Positions 35,601 through 49,329 of a stretch of 64,000 nt of DNA are shown piece after piece (within the stretch, counting starts at the first letter, position 1; every line of letters begins with the position of its first letter). A model generated the notes under the pieces. That model searched no databases and was not told the DNA's origin. It saw only the letters and a program-made list of their open reading frames with translations. The stretch spans positions 3,213,902 to 3,277,901 of the forward strand of contig MU053652.1 in assembly GCA_013239625.1 (NCBI GenBank), given 5' to 3'. The DNA is from Lama guanicoe. Lineage: Eukaryota. The position numbers and the translations under genes are program-made.

Positions 35601-38600
35601 CGTAGAAATGTCTGCTCATGTTCATCTGCTCATCAGAAAGGGCTGTAGAATTAAAATAGTTGGAAAATCACAGGTCATCTTTTAAAAGTATTAATGCTTA
35701 CAGAATCATTTTTAAAAGAAAAATGCACAGATATTCTCTAGTGGATGGAAATAGAGGGTTCAAATTTAAACTAATGGTATAGAAGGAAAATAAGTATTCT
35801 TGATGTCAGGCTAAAGAAGAAAACAGTCTTGCTATTATTCTGTATAATCTGTTCTTATTATATGAATATTTTTGCTAAGGAACTGACATGTTGTAAACCA
35901 ATTATAAGTAGATTTTTTCCCCCAAATCCTTCTGGATTAGTGGAGGAAGAGAGATCAAAATTGAAAGGGTCACCATAGAATGTTCAAAAACTTGCCACAG
36001 ATGGGGATACCAAGATACCATAAGGGATGTATGAAGTCTAAATGAGTTAATAAGTGTAAAGAAAAGAGTTGCTGGCACAGAGGGAGCACTACATCATTGC
36101 TATTGCTATTATTGTTGTTGTTGCTATTATTAAGAATTTCAATAGCTTCCAATCCAGTGGTAAAGGTAAACACAGAAGCAGTGTAATGAATGAACTGCAC
36201 AACTATGAACAGAAGTCAGTGGAGTTCCCAGAGTGGGTGGGGGTATCTGCCAGGGAATAGAGAGAGGGGCAGGGAACAAGATGGCATCAGAGTTCATATG
36301 ACTGAGAATGGAGCAAGTTGCTAGAACCAGAGCAACAGCACCCAGCTTCTGCAGAAACATTTTTTTTGTTATTGTTGGCCAATCTTTCACTACTGAAGGC
36401 TCTGTTTCTTAGAACCTCTGGTATTTAAAGTTTCCTCACTATGCCAAGCACTCTTTTGCCTCTGGCCCAGCAATGGGTCCTTGGTCACTGGGCAAAAGAG
36501 CAAGACTTTCACCCAGAAGACTTGAGAGTATGGAGGAGGGAGGAAGAGGTGACTGAAGTTTACGATGGGGTGATCCAGGACACGAGGGATGCTCCAGCTG
36601 CACCCAGAAGTCCAAATGGGATAAATAATCAAGACTCCAGGAGGGGAAAGCACATTCCCATCCCCCAGGCTCCAGTCCCTCCCCAGCAGAGGGGAAACAG
36701 ATGGGCACAGACTTAGTGATGTATGCACTGAACAAGAGGGAAAGGCAGAGGCCGTCATCAAACTTGGCGGGCACTGCCCAAGAAAGCCCACCTTTTTCCT
36801 CCCAACCCATGCCAGGTGTCTAGCACACTAACCCAGTGTTTCCCAAGCCAAACGACATGGAAGGCTGCTTAAAAGTCTACATTCTTTACCACAGGCCATT
36901 AACTTTATATGTAGGCAAAACATATTTATGTCCCTCCTGTTCTTCAATAAACAGAGTAAAGAAACTGTCTGTGGGTAGTTCACTCTGCACCAATGAATCG
37001 AGGGCAGCTATTCTGATGGGAATAACTAATGAGACACATACAGGGGGAAAAAAAGTTAAACATTAAACAGAGGAACACTGTTGGTAGAATTAAATAGATA
37101 CAACTTTTGGGGGGAGGGCATCTTGGCAATAGCTATTAAAATTAATTCCACTTTGCCAAATTTATCCTATGTGCATACTCCCTGACATGTGTCCAAGGAT
37201 GGACAATGCTGCATTATTTGGAAAAAAATTTTTAAACTGAAAGCAAGCTAAATATCCATTTACTAAGTGCAGCATGAGTCTGTCTAACGTAACGCTTTTC
37301 AACATACATGAAAAAACAAGGTTCAGAACAGTAGGTATATTATAATCCTACTTGTATAAAAACATATGTGTACCATATAAATACCTATGTTTATATTTAT
37401 AATATTGACATATCTGTATATGTATTAGAAATCTCTGGGAAGAACCAGATGTGGGAAAGTAGCAGCTTAGGGACAAATCTGGTCTACAGGAAGATTTGTT
37501 TATTGGGTTTTTTGTTTTAAATTTAAATGTGAATGCATTTAGAAAGGGCTCACATGGGGTCCTCTTTACTCTCTATTGTCTTACACCCTTCAGTTCCTCC
37601 CCCCTCCCCCCGCTGTTACTTCCTGGCCCCTAAATGCAAGTGAGGGTAGACGTAGGCATGTGGGGGGGTAGCTGGAGGCATGCTTTTCGTATTTACTTTC
37701 CACTTCTGTTCTATAAGCAAACATGACATTTATGACTTAAGGGAGGGTGGAGTGGGGACTGATATCTTTGCTTGTCTGAGAGAAGAAGGACTAGAGAAAA
37801 ATAAGGATCCTGAAAGAAGAGACACTGATCTGGAAGCTATGGCTACAGTTAAGATAAGAAGCAAGCAGAGTCTGAACTAGCCAGTAACAGCAAGGATGAA
37901 TTGTGAAACCCAGATTTGAAACTTCTTTTAAAATCCCTTATCAGCCACTGCAGTTAAAGGAATGTACCGGCTCTCCTTTCTTCTTCCTTCTTCCCCTGTC
38001 ATGAAAAATTGCAGCCTGTGGTTTATCACATGAGCCTCTGGGCAGGGCTCTGTTGTGCTCTGTGGGAATCCAGCTCTGCTCATAGCACTCCTGGAGAGTC
38101 TCATTCTCCTGTGCCTGTGAGTTAATTTCTTTTTCTTCACCGTGTTGGCACCAGATGTACAAAAACGCGGGAGTCTACAGCACCAAAAGTACAGCAGAAA
38201 TCAAACTTAGATGTGCCTGGACAGGGTCTACCAGATAGTACTGTCCTGGCCTTTGTCTACCTTGTAGGATCAGCAGCCTCCACATTTAACTTCGAGATAA
38301 TATTATAAACGCTGCAGCCTAGAAATAAAAGTAAAGCTTTACCTTAAAATAAGAACAAAGAAAACTTCCAAACGAAACGTTCTCTTGTTTTTCACAGCAG
38401 CTAAAAGACAGCCTGGTGTTAGAGTCCTGGATGCCATACTATGCTCTTTCATAAGATGAAAATTCTTCAGTTGAATGAAATTATTTCTTTGAAAAAGTTT
38501 CATTGAATTTGGGTTAGTATCTCAGGGACTTTCTCGTCTGCAGTCTGAACAGTGGTGAATGCAACATGGTGTTAACCTGGGGAAGGTGGGCCATGAATAA

Positions 38601-39959
38601 AGACAGATCCGTGAATTACTCCTCTTTTTGTGGGGGCAGGGGAGCTGGTTCATATTAAGAGAGAGAGAGAGAAATCAGAGGTTTTACAATCATGGAAGGG
38701 GTTATGTCTCATCTTCGATCCATTCAACCCATTGCCACTGTCTCTGTCCCATGACATTTTGACTGTCAAGACATTCAAGTCCTTCAGTGCAAATCCACTG
38801 AGTTCACACAAGGGTCCCAAATGACCATCAACTAATGAATGGATAAATAAAATGCGGTATATGCACACGATGGAATATTATTTGGCAATAAAAAGGATTG
38901 AAGTACATGACACATGACATACCATGGATGAACCTTGAAAACATTATGTTAAGTGAAAGAAACCAGACACAAAAGACCACATATTGTATAATTCCATTTC
39001 TACAAAATGTCCAGAATAGGCGAATCTATGGAGACCAAAAGTCAATTAGTGGTTGCCTAGGGCTGGGGGAGGAAGTGGGGAAGGGGAGTGATTGCTAATA
39101 GGTATAGGGGTTTCTGTAGGGAGGCGGTGAATAGTCTAAAATTAATAGTGTTGGTAATTACACAATTCTGTGAATATACTAAGAACCACTGTATATCTTA
39201 AATAGATTAATTATATGCTATATAAAGTATATCTCAATAAAGTCATTATTAAAAAATAAAAGGAAGAAAAGCTGTATAACAAGAAAACATTAGCTTAAAA
39301 AGCTGAAGTGGTATAATATTTTTTAAAAGGATTTTGGAACAAGGAATATTACCATGGATAATGATTTCACAGAAAGAAATCAATTCATCCAAAAAGAGAA
39401 AATCCTAAATGTGTATGCATATAATGATAGAGATTCAAAATAACTTTAGCAAAAGCTGATGGAATTAGAGGAAGAATAGACAAGTCCACAATTATAACTA
39501 GGGATTTTTATGCACCTCTCTTAGTAATTTATAGAGGAAACAGCAAGTTAGAATATGGAATACTGGAACAATAATATCCATCAACGAGAACTGTCATTTA
39601 AAGAAAACTCCACACAACAAAAGTAGAGCACACAGTTTTTTCAAATAAACATGGAATATTCACCAAGATAGGTCATATTCTGGACCATAAAACAGGTCTC
39701 AAAAAATTTTAAAGGATTGGATTCATATGACTCACATTCTCTAACCACAATACAATTAAATTATAAATCAATAACAGAAAAATATATGGAAGTCCTCAAG
39801 TATTTGGAAATTAAACAATAGACTTCAAATTGTCCATGGGTCAAATAACAGATCACAAGAGAAATTATAAAATATTTGAACTGAATGGAAATAAAAACAC
39901 AATATATCAAAATTTGTGGGACACAAAGTTGTGCTCAGAAGGAAATTCATAGCAATGAA

Positions 39960-40156
39960 TACAGTCATCCCTCGGTATCTGTAAAGGGATTAGTTCCAGG
40001 ACCAACCCCTGTATCAAAGTCCAAGGATGCTCAAGTCCTTTCTATAAATGGCAGTAGTACAGGCGGCCCTCCTCATCTGCAGGTTCCTCATCCTAGAATT
40101 CAACCAACTGTGAAAGTCACGGTTGATTGAACCTGCAGTTAAGGAGGGCCAACCCA
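39960..40156. mobile_element. MER2/Tigger-like MITE nested in L1
   Basis: ta-cagtcatccctcggtatctg...gttccaggacc...aaggatgctcaagtcctt terminus. Confidence 0.7.
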
Positions 40157-43116
40157 TATTTAACATGAAGAAATGTCTCAGATCAAAAATCTAATCTTCT
40201 GCCTCAAGAAACTGTAAGAGCAATATACACCCAAGTAAATAAAAGGAAGGAAATAATAAAGAGCAGAATTGATGAAAGACAAAACAGAAAAAAATAGAGA
40301 AAATCAATCAAAATAAAAGCTAATTCTTTGAAAAGATCAATAAAATTCATAAAACTGAAGCCAGATTAATCAGGGAAAAGAAAAGGAAGACAAAATTTAC
40401 CAATATCGGGAATAAAAGAGAAGAGAATACAGATCTTCAGACATTAAAAGAATGAAAAGGGAATATTGTGGACAACTTTATGCCAATAAATTCAACAACC
40501 CAATGGAAGACAAATTCCTTGAAAAATCCAAATTACCAAAGATCATTCAAGAAGAAAGAGAGAAACAGAATAGCCCTGTATCTACCAAATAAATTGAACT
40601 CACAGTAAAAACCTCCCTGTGAAGAAAATTCCAAGTGTATATGTCTTCACGGGTGAACGGGTGAACGCAAACATTCCAGGAAGTAATAATCCCAATTTTA
40701 CACAGTCTTCTAGAAACAGAAGAGGAGGGGACACTTCCCAACTCATTTTATGAGGCCAGCATTATTCTGTTCCCAAAGCCAGACAAAGACATTATAAGAA
40801 GAGAAAAGTACACACTAATATTCTCTTGAACATAGATGCAGAAATCCTTAACAAATTTTTGGCAAATTAAATCTAACAATATGTAAAAGGAAGGACATAT
40901 CATGGCTACATGGGACTTATCCCAGGAATATAAATTTGTTTCAATATGCAAAAATCAATCCATGTAATTTACCACATTAACAGACTGAAAAAGAAAAACC
41001 ATCTCAATAGATGCAGAAAACTCTTAGCAAACTAGAAATAGAAGGAAATTCCTCAACCCAGTACAGGACATCAATGAAAAACCTACAGCTAACATTATTC
41101 TTAATGCCTTCCCTCCTAATAGAGGGGGAAATGCAAGGATTTCTACCTAATCACATTTCTGTTCAGCATTGTCCTAAAGGCCCTAACCAGTGGAATAATG
41201 AAAAAGGAATAAAACTCTTACATATTGAAAAAGAATAAGTAAACCTGCTTCTATTTATATACAACATGATTGTTTATGTTGAAAATGCTAAAGATGCTAC
41301 AGAAAAGCTACCAGAACCAAGGAGTGAGTGTAGTAAGATTATAAAACATAAGGTTAATATACAAAATCAACTGTATGTCTACTTACTAGCAATGAACAAC
41401 TAAAAACTGAATTTTTAAACAATACCATTAACATCCAAAAATATGAACTACTTGGAGGTAAATTAAATAAAACATTACAAGAGCTATTCACTGAAAACAT
41501 TACTGAGAAAAGTTAAGGAAGAGTAAATAAGTGAAGGGTTATAGCATGTTCATGAATTAAAAAGCTCAATATTGTTAAAATACCAAATTGATCTATAGAT
41601 TTGACACAATCACAATAAAAAGCCAAGCAGGCTTTTTTTTTTTTTTGGTAGAAAATAACAAGCTAATTCTAAAGTTTATGTGGACATGTAAAAAGCCTAG
41701 CATAGCCATAACAGGTTTTAAAATAAAATACAAAGTTAGAGGACTTACACTATCTCATTTTCAGACTTAATGTAAAGCTGTAATAATCAAGACAATGTGA
41801 TATAGATGTAAAAACAGACATGTAGAACAATGTAATAGAATAGAGAGGCTAGAGATAGACCTACATGTGTATGGTCATTTGATTTTCAACAAAATTGCCA
41901 AGGCAATTCAGTAGTGAAAAGATAGTATTTTCAGAAAATAACACTGGGATAAGTGGATATTGATATGCAAAACACACACATGTGTACAGACACAAAAATG
42001 AGGGGGTAGAAAACCTGGACTCTTACTTTACTCCATCTACAAAATTTAATTCAAAATGAATGATAGCCCACATTAAAAATGTATTCAAAGTGGCTTACAG
42101 ATCTGCACATTATAGGAGCTATGATGGTAATAGCTCAAGAAGAAAACATAACAGAAAAGTCTTAGTGGGCTTTGGTTAAGGCAAAGATGTCTTAACCAGG
42201 ACACAAAAATATAAAATATAACAGGAAAAATAATAAGATGGACTTCATCAAAAGCAAAACCTTTTGTTCTCAAAAGACATTGTGATAAAATGAAAAGGAA
42301 AATGACTCACTGAAAGTATTCACAATACATATAAACTTATAAAGGACTTGTATCCAACATATATAAGAATCCTGCAACTCAATGAGACAAACATCCCAAA
42401 TTTTAAATGAGCAAAAGATTGAAACAGACACTTCGCCAAAGAAGGGATATGAATGGCAAATAAGCACATGAAAAGATGCTCAATATTATTCAACATTAGA
42501 GAAAACTGAAATCACAATGAAATACTACTTCAGACCCAGTAAAGTGACTAAAATTTAAAAGACTAAGAATCCAAGTGTCAGCAAGGATGTGGAACAACTG
42601 AAACTCTCATACATTGCTGGTGAGAATGCAAATTATATAATCCCTTTGGAAAACAAACTGTTTCTTATAAAGCTAATAATGTACTTACTATATGGACTCA
42701 ATTACTCTGATACTGGGTATTACCCAAGAGAAATGAAAATGTGTGTTCATAGAAAGACTTGTTGAATGTTCAGAGCAATTTTATTTAGAACAGTCAAATC
42801 TAGAAAGAACCCAAATGTCCTTCAACTTATAAATGCATAAATTATACAGTATCCACTCAATCAAATATGTTTCTTAAAAGCATTCTAAGTGAAAGAAGTC
42901 AGACACAAGAGACTGCAAACTATATAATTCCATTTACATAAAATTCCCCAAAGGGCAAAACTATAGATCCATAGACAGAAAGCAAATCAGTAGTGGCCAG
43001 AGGCCGGGGTGGGGAGAGGGAATTAATTGCAGAGGTAGCCCAGGGAAATTCTGCAGACAGTTGAGATGTTCTATATATCATGATTATGAATGTGGTGACA
43101 TGGCTACATACAATAC

Positions 43117-43328
43117 ACAGTTGACTCTTGAACAACATGGGGATTAGAGGTACCAGTCCTCCACATGGTCAAAAATCCGAGTATCATTTTACAGTCAACC
43201 CTCCACATCCTCAGAATCAACCATCCACAGATCATGTAGTACCGTAGTACAAATTTTGTGGGAAAAAAAATCTGCATATAAGTGGACCCACACAGTTCAA
43301 ACCCATGTTGTTAAAGGGTTGATTGTAC
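43117..43328. mobile_element. Tigger1-derived MITE nested in the L1 3' end
   Basis: TIRs cagttgactcttgaacaacatgg / ccatgttgttaaagggttgattg. Confidence 0.8.
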
Positions 43329-43534
43329 ACTTAAACTTATTAAATGTTATTGTATGTAAATTATTCTTCAAAAAAACTGATTTCTCAGATGATAAAATAT
43401 CTAGTATAAGGTTAGAAAAAGTCTGGAAGAATGTACATTAAATTCTTAACAATGGAGATGAGATTGCAAAAGACTTTCACTTGCTATTTTACTTTGTTAC
43501 GTATTTCTTTGTGTTTTATCATTTTCCAAAGAGA

Positions 43535-44050
43535 TTTCTATATTAGTCAGCAGTCTCATGATTGGCTGGTGACAGAAACCCAACTCTAACTTTAAAAAAG
43601 GCAGAATTTGTTGGTTCACATGCCTGTATAGTCTTGGGATAGCTTCAGACATAGCTGGATCCAAGTGCTCTACTGAATTTTCTGAGATTGAGGTTTTCTT
43701 CATCTATTGGTTCTTCTTCCCCTATGTTGACTTCATTCTCAGATTAACTCTCTCCCTTTGATGATGACAAAGCAGCTTACTAGCTTAGCAGCCCCAGAGG
43801 AAAAGACACACCAGGAAAAGTCCTGAGCCAACTCTTAATGACCGAGCTTGAGACGTACATCCTTCCCTGAGCACTGGGACTCTTATGGCCAGGCCTGGGA
43901 CACAGGACCATGCATGGACCTGAGCGAGGGCAGGGTAATCTCAGCCCCACACTGAAGAGTGGTTGCCAAAAGGAGAAAAAGAAGAAAAAAAAAAGGGAAG
44001 AGGGTCTGTTATCAGAATAAAGGCAGCGTGGCAGGCAAAAACAGCAGATG
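43535..44050. mobile_element. Old MLT1-type (MaLR) LTR
   Basis: tatattagtcag...gtgacagaaacccaactc...gcttcagacatagctggatccaag. Confidence 0.6.
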
Positions 44051-44167
44051 ACTACTATAATGCACTACTTCTGGAATTAGGAGAACGCTATTTGGTTTTT
44101 AACCGTTACACAGAGCCCAAGGCAATATCCTCTGGTGTTTTTCTAACAGAGCATAGCATAAATTTAT

Positions 44168-44532
44168 TGTTACGAACTGAATGTTTGTGGCCCTTCAAAA
44201 TTCATATGTTAAAACCCTAACCCACAATGTAATGCTATTTGGAGGTAGGGCCTTTGAGAGGTAGCTGAGTTTAGCTGAGGTCACGATGGTGGAACCTCCA
44301 CAATGAGATTAGTTTCCTTCTAAGAAGAGGAAAGGATAGAACTCTTCTCCAACATGTGAGGACACAGTGAGAAGGTAGCCATCTACAAACCACGAAGCAG
44401 GCCCTCATAGGACACTGACCCTGCCAGCACCTTGACCTTGGACTTCCCAGCCTCCAGAACTGTAAGAAATAAATGTTGTGTAAGTCGCCCAACCGACTGT
44501 CATTGTTATAGCAGCCCAAGCTGACGTCCACA
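44168..44532 (+). mobile_element. MLT1A/B-like solo LTR
   Basis: tgttacgaactgaatgtttgt...aaattcatatgttaaaaccctaa...ttggacttcccagcctccagaactgtaagaaataaa...gttatagcagccc. Confidence 0.85.
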
Positions 44533-46775
44533 TCTCAGCATTCTCTGATGGATTAGAAGGGGGTTAGGAAGTTGCCACCTAAGGGGAACCCTTTCTTTGT
44601 CAAACAGGATAATTTGTAGAAAAAGGTAGAGGTAGGGTTGGGCTTGGAGGGGACTGGTGTAATCCGTTGAGGGAAACGGCATAGGAGGTTGAGAGGGGAT
44701 GAAGAAAAGGGGCTTCCAAATCAAGCTGAAGGTGGCCGTGTGATTGCACCATGTGACCATTCTGGTGCGTGAGGATGTCTGAAACCCTCGTGGGGCTGCT
44801 TCCATGCACCACCTGAACTCGAGCTCCAGGACAAAGATACTGCACTTCTGAAGTGTCAGGCCAATTTTGCTTGATGGTAAATCATTTTAAACACTTTTAT
44901 CTTAATACAAATAGGAATGCATTATGAAGTAGAATGCAAAAATTGCATGCATTTGTAAGATAAAATACAAATTTTTCACTTGCAATAACTCCTTCAGGCT
45001 GCCTCTCACTCTCTCCTTCATGGGAATTCAGTCTCCTCTGCTGTTAGAAATGCTTTGAAGAAAAATCTTGAGAAGTATTTCTTTAAGGAGTAAGGGCTGG
45101 GGATAAGGGATGTTCTTGGGAGTTTTTTTACAGTGTCCAGACACTTTGCCAGAAGAGGAAACCAGGCAAGGATTCAGAATTGAAAGATTTGGGATTTTGA
45201 GGACAGAGCTAACATCTGGTGGGGTTGGCAGAACGGATGGGAGTATGTGCATTAGGGACTGAGGTTCAGGGCTGCTCACGTAAATCCTGAAAGCAGCTGC
45301 ATTCCTGGGTAACATCTCATGTGGAAAGCATGGGATCCTGCCCTGGCTTAGGGTCTGGATTAGCATCTCTTTGAGGAGCAGGAATCTAGTGTTCTTGGAG
45401 AGGCAGATTCATTTCTGGGGTCAGGGGAAGTTCATCTCCAAACAACAAGCTCTAGTGAGCAGCTTTTCGCCTCAGAATTGTGGAGAAGAGAGATGGAGCT
45501 CAGAAGGTTTAGAATTCATAGGTTTAATTAGGATATGGGAGACCCACAAAGGGTGATCGAAATAAACGGACACTTTAACACTACAAAAGTAAGAAGGACA
45601 AAATGGAAATGACAGCTCTTCCCCAGAAAAAGACCGTTATCTGGCACCTTTATTTTTTTCCTTTCATCACAAGGCAGAAGACAAGTTTTATCACAGATCA
45701 CATCATTCTGAGGAACTGAGAACGCTTTGCGGAAGGACAGGTGGGTCCTTCCCTTCATACATTCTGGAATGACATGAAAATTACCCCCAGGAGGACTTTT
45801 TTTTTTAAGACAGAGAGATGAGCTAACATTACTGTAATAATCATTTTGCAATATTTTAAATGTATCAGACCTACACATTGTACACCTTAAACTTACACAG
45901 TGTTATATGTCAATTATACCTCAATTAGGAAAAAAAGACAGGCAGAGAGACCAGCTCATGGTCATTGGCAGGACATCTACAGCCTGACCACAGATAGCAA
46001 AGGACACTGCTGCTTCTGTCTCTCCTGGGCAGGGACCCTCTGGAAACCTTAATTACTAAGTCTTGGCCACCATGGTGACTTTTACAGAGCAAGGAACAAG
46101 AGGAGGTGGGGCAGATGGGAGGATTAAATTGGAAATATAGATTCTTGCACTGAGGTAGATGAAGAAATTAAATAATTATAAACCCAAAGGCCAAACAAAA
46201 GAAAAAACCAATCAGCCTGCACCTGGAGCATTAGGTTCTAGAAATCCAATTTGCACACAGAGAGTGGAGGGGCCTTCGCTGAGGGGGCAGGAGCTGAGGC
46301 CTCACTGGTGAGCAGAGGGCCGTTGCCCTGGAGACGGTCTTAGCTTAGAAATGGCAAACAGGAAAATAACAGGGGCTTAAGGGAGAAAGAAGAAAAAAGG
46401 CGCTGCTTAGGATGGTTGACATCTTAGAAAGCAGACTAGACCACATGAAATAAATGTACTTAAAAGGATAAATACAGATTTAACTGCTTTCAAAAATGAA
46501 GATAGGAAGAAGGAAGCAACTTGAGTTGTTTCTGGGTTAGGATGGTTGATCAGACACTCAAGAGATTTAATAGAGGGAAAAGGGGAATTTTGTTAGGAGC
46601 AAAAACTGGGCCACACATGCCTAACTCCCAGCCTTTGTCCCAGAGTATACTATTGAAATGTGCTCTCAGAGAGCTATTGATAGAGAAATAATAATAAAAA
46701 TAAATTCAGGGAGCCTCCTTCAAGGTGCCCATGACAATATCTCAAGATGGTAGATTTAAAAGGGAGATGTCCAGA

Positions 46776-46955
46776 GGGGAGGGTATAGCTCAGTGGTAGA
46801 GCATGTGCTTAGTATGCACGAGGTCCTGGGTTCAATCCTCAGTACTTCCATTAAATAAATAAACAAACAAACAAATCTAATTACCTACTCCTTCAAAAAA
46901 AAAAAACTTAAAAAAAAGGAAAAAATGAGGGGAAAAAAAAGATGTGAAATTTTTT
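46776..46955 (+). mobile_element. tRNA-derived SINE, camelid vic-1-like
   Basis: GGGGAGGGTATAGCTCAGTGGTAGAGCATGTGCTTAGTATGCACGAGGTCCTGGGTTCAATCC...CTAATTACCT plus A tail. Degenerate TSD aaaagggagatgtccagag / aaaagagggggatgtctagag. Confidence 0.88.
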
Positions 46956-47089
46956 AAAAAGAGGGGGATGTCTAGAGCTATTTAGCACAAAATCCACAGG
47001 TATTAATTATCTAGTGTATATATACACACATATATATAGGTGTGTATGTATATATGTACACATATGTGCATACATATATATATACACAC

Positions 47090-47522
47090 ACATTAAAAAG
47101 AATAAAATAATGCCATTTGCCGCCATATGGATGGACTTGGAGATTGTCATACTAAGTGAAGTCAGGCAGAGAAAGAAAAATACCAATGATATCACGTATA
47201 TGTGGAATCGAAAAAAGATACACAAATGAACTTATTTACAAAACAGAAACAAACTCACAGATATAGACAACAAACTTATGTTTACCAGGGAGGGGGGCAA
47301 GAGAGTGGGACGGGATAAGTTGGGAGTTTGAGATTTGCAGATACTAACTATTAACTGTATAAACTGTATAGCACAGGGAACTATATTCGATATCTTGTAG
47401 TAACCTATAATGAAAAAGAATATGAAAATGAATATATGTATGAATATATATGACTGAAACATTATGCTGTACACCAGAAATTGACACAATATCGTAAACT
47501 GACTATACTTCAATTAAAAAAA
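47090..47522 (+). mobile_element. Younger L1 3' end (end of ORF2 plus 3' UTR)
   Basis: Reads IMPFAAIWMDLEIVILSEVRQ (L1 ORF2 C-terminus), then ...tgctgtacaccagaaattgacacaa...tatacttcaattaaaaa. Confidence 0.88.
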
Positions 47523-47915
47523 CACAGAAGTCCAGAGCTGTTTAGCACAAAATCTATAGGTATTAATTAGTTTCAAGGCAAGGCAGTAATTAGGGGAAAT
47601 GGGATGGGCAATCACAGCCAGGAGATTTGGGGGTTGGGACTTGGTAAAAGTGGGTCTGGACACCCCCTGCAAGGTGGTTAAGGGTTTCAGTACTAAAATT
47701 GGAACCCTGAGAAGATGGAGCTAGAGAAGCAGCTTCCAGGAGCTGAAAGAGCCAGCAAGATCGGTCAAGGGGCTTGGGGTAAGCGACAACCAAGCCCAGG
47801 ATGTGCATGGGGGATAGATGTGAAGCTGAAAATGGTAGCCAATAACAAGGGAAAGAGGACTAGGGGCAGGTGGGTAATATGTTGCCCTGGGCAATTGCTG
47901 AGAATGAAACTAAAG

Positions 47916-48084
47916 CAGTGGTTCTCAAAGTGTCGTCTCCTGAGCAGCAGCATCGGCATGATCTGGAATTTGATAAAATGAAAACGCTCAGTCTCCCTGA
48001 ATCAGTAACCCTGGGGATGGGGCTCAGCAATCTGAGCAAACCCTCAAGGTGAGAGCAATGCACACTAAAGTTTGAGAACAACCC
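47916..48084. mobile_element. MER5A-like MITE
   Basis: cagtggttctcaaagtg...cagcagcatc...ctaaagtttgagaac. Confidence 0.8.
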
Positions 48085-49329
48085 TACAAAAGCACCTGCC
48101 ACTTGCCTTTAATGGCTGCTGAGACCAACTGGGCAGGGAGCAGGGAGCCCTTAAACCTCCGGTTTGGCCTAGATGGATGAAAAAATGGTGAGACTCTCTG
48201 AAGGGGAGCCACAAGAAGCCACGTCTGGTTTGACAATGGTGTTGGACTGATGGTGGGAGAGATTTTAAGACAAACTACCCAGCTCCTAGAAGAGAGCGAG
48301 ATAGGACTAGCTTTAGTAATAGGACTTTGGAAAGAATCAGAATTCGCTGATAATCTCTCCCTATTAGAGAACTAACTCAGGAAAACTCCAGGTTTGTAAC
48401 AGAATTAGTGAACCCAATAACAGAAAATAAACAAATAAAGGTGACCCTATGATATTAATATTGAAGTGTGACAGAACAGAAGGCCCCCAGGAAATGGAAA
48501 AAGTACATTTTCAGCTTGGAGAGATCAGGTAGTAAAGCAACTAGAAGCTTTAGACATCAGGAACCAAAAACATGCAGACCTAGCTGGATGGGGTCAGGGC
48601 ACTAATGGAGAAGACTGTAAATGACTGTAATTTTCAGAGCTGTGAAGCCATAAATTGCACTGGGAGGACTGCCTGCTATTAGTGTAGCACTCTGTGCTCT
48701 CAAGATGAAGCAGCTGGAGGTTGTGAAATTGGTCAAAATGATTCCCAGAAAAAGAAAGAAAATTGAATATGAAGGATAAGAGGTCTTCTGCCACCCTCTC
48801 AAAAGAGATGGGGCCCAAAGCCCTGGACGTAGGGGCCTGGACCATCTTCAGAGGTGAGACTGTCTTCAAGTTCCTGCAATCCAAGGATGGTGTTTTAAGG
48901 CTAAAATCTCAAGGGCACTAAAAAGTAAACAGACTGACAATTCTTGCTACCATTAAACTTTTGGTTTTATAGAGAGGCAATGGAAGTGCCTCCGCCTATG
49001 GGGCAGAGACTATATACAGAATGTATAGGAACAAAACCTGTTGCTTTGGAATGGTCTTAGCTTTGAAAATGACAGACAGCAAACTAGGGATATAACAGGG
49101 TCTTAAGGGAAAGAGTGAAAAGACCCAGGACACTCTCCAAATTCTAACCCAACAAACTGCTGATGCAGCAATAGGAAAGAAAAGCTAAGAAACAGAATCA
49201 AAATGAGGGAAAATCAAGGCACTGGGGAACCCAAGAATGAGAACTAGGCAAGCGTGTGAGGCAGAGATGGATGACCACCAGAGACCAAGCCCACTTAAAG
49301 CTTTCCTTAGCCCTCCCTCTTTTTCTAGG

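Larger units (their letters stand above)
38810..43380 (+). mobile_element. Degraded L1 (L1M-type): a 3' end at 38810-39260, then ~4 kb of ORF2 and 3' UTR with many stops and frameshifts
   Basis: Typical L1 motifs: aatgaatggataaataaaatgcgg; ttttatgaggccagcatta; tggacttcatcaaa; aaggatgtggaacaactgaaactctcatacattgctggtg. Confidence 0.9.

Noticed and set aside
46776..46850. SINE heads as functional tRNA genes
   Set aside because: They continue into a SINE body and A-rich tail with TSDs, and lack a proper acceptor stem.
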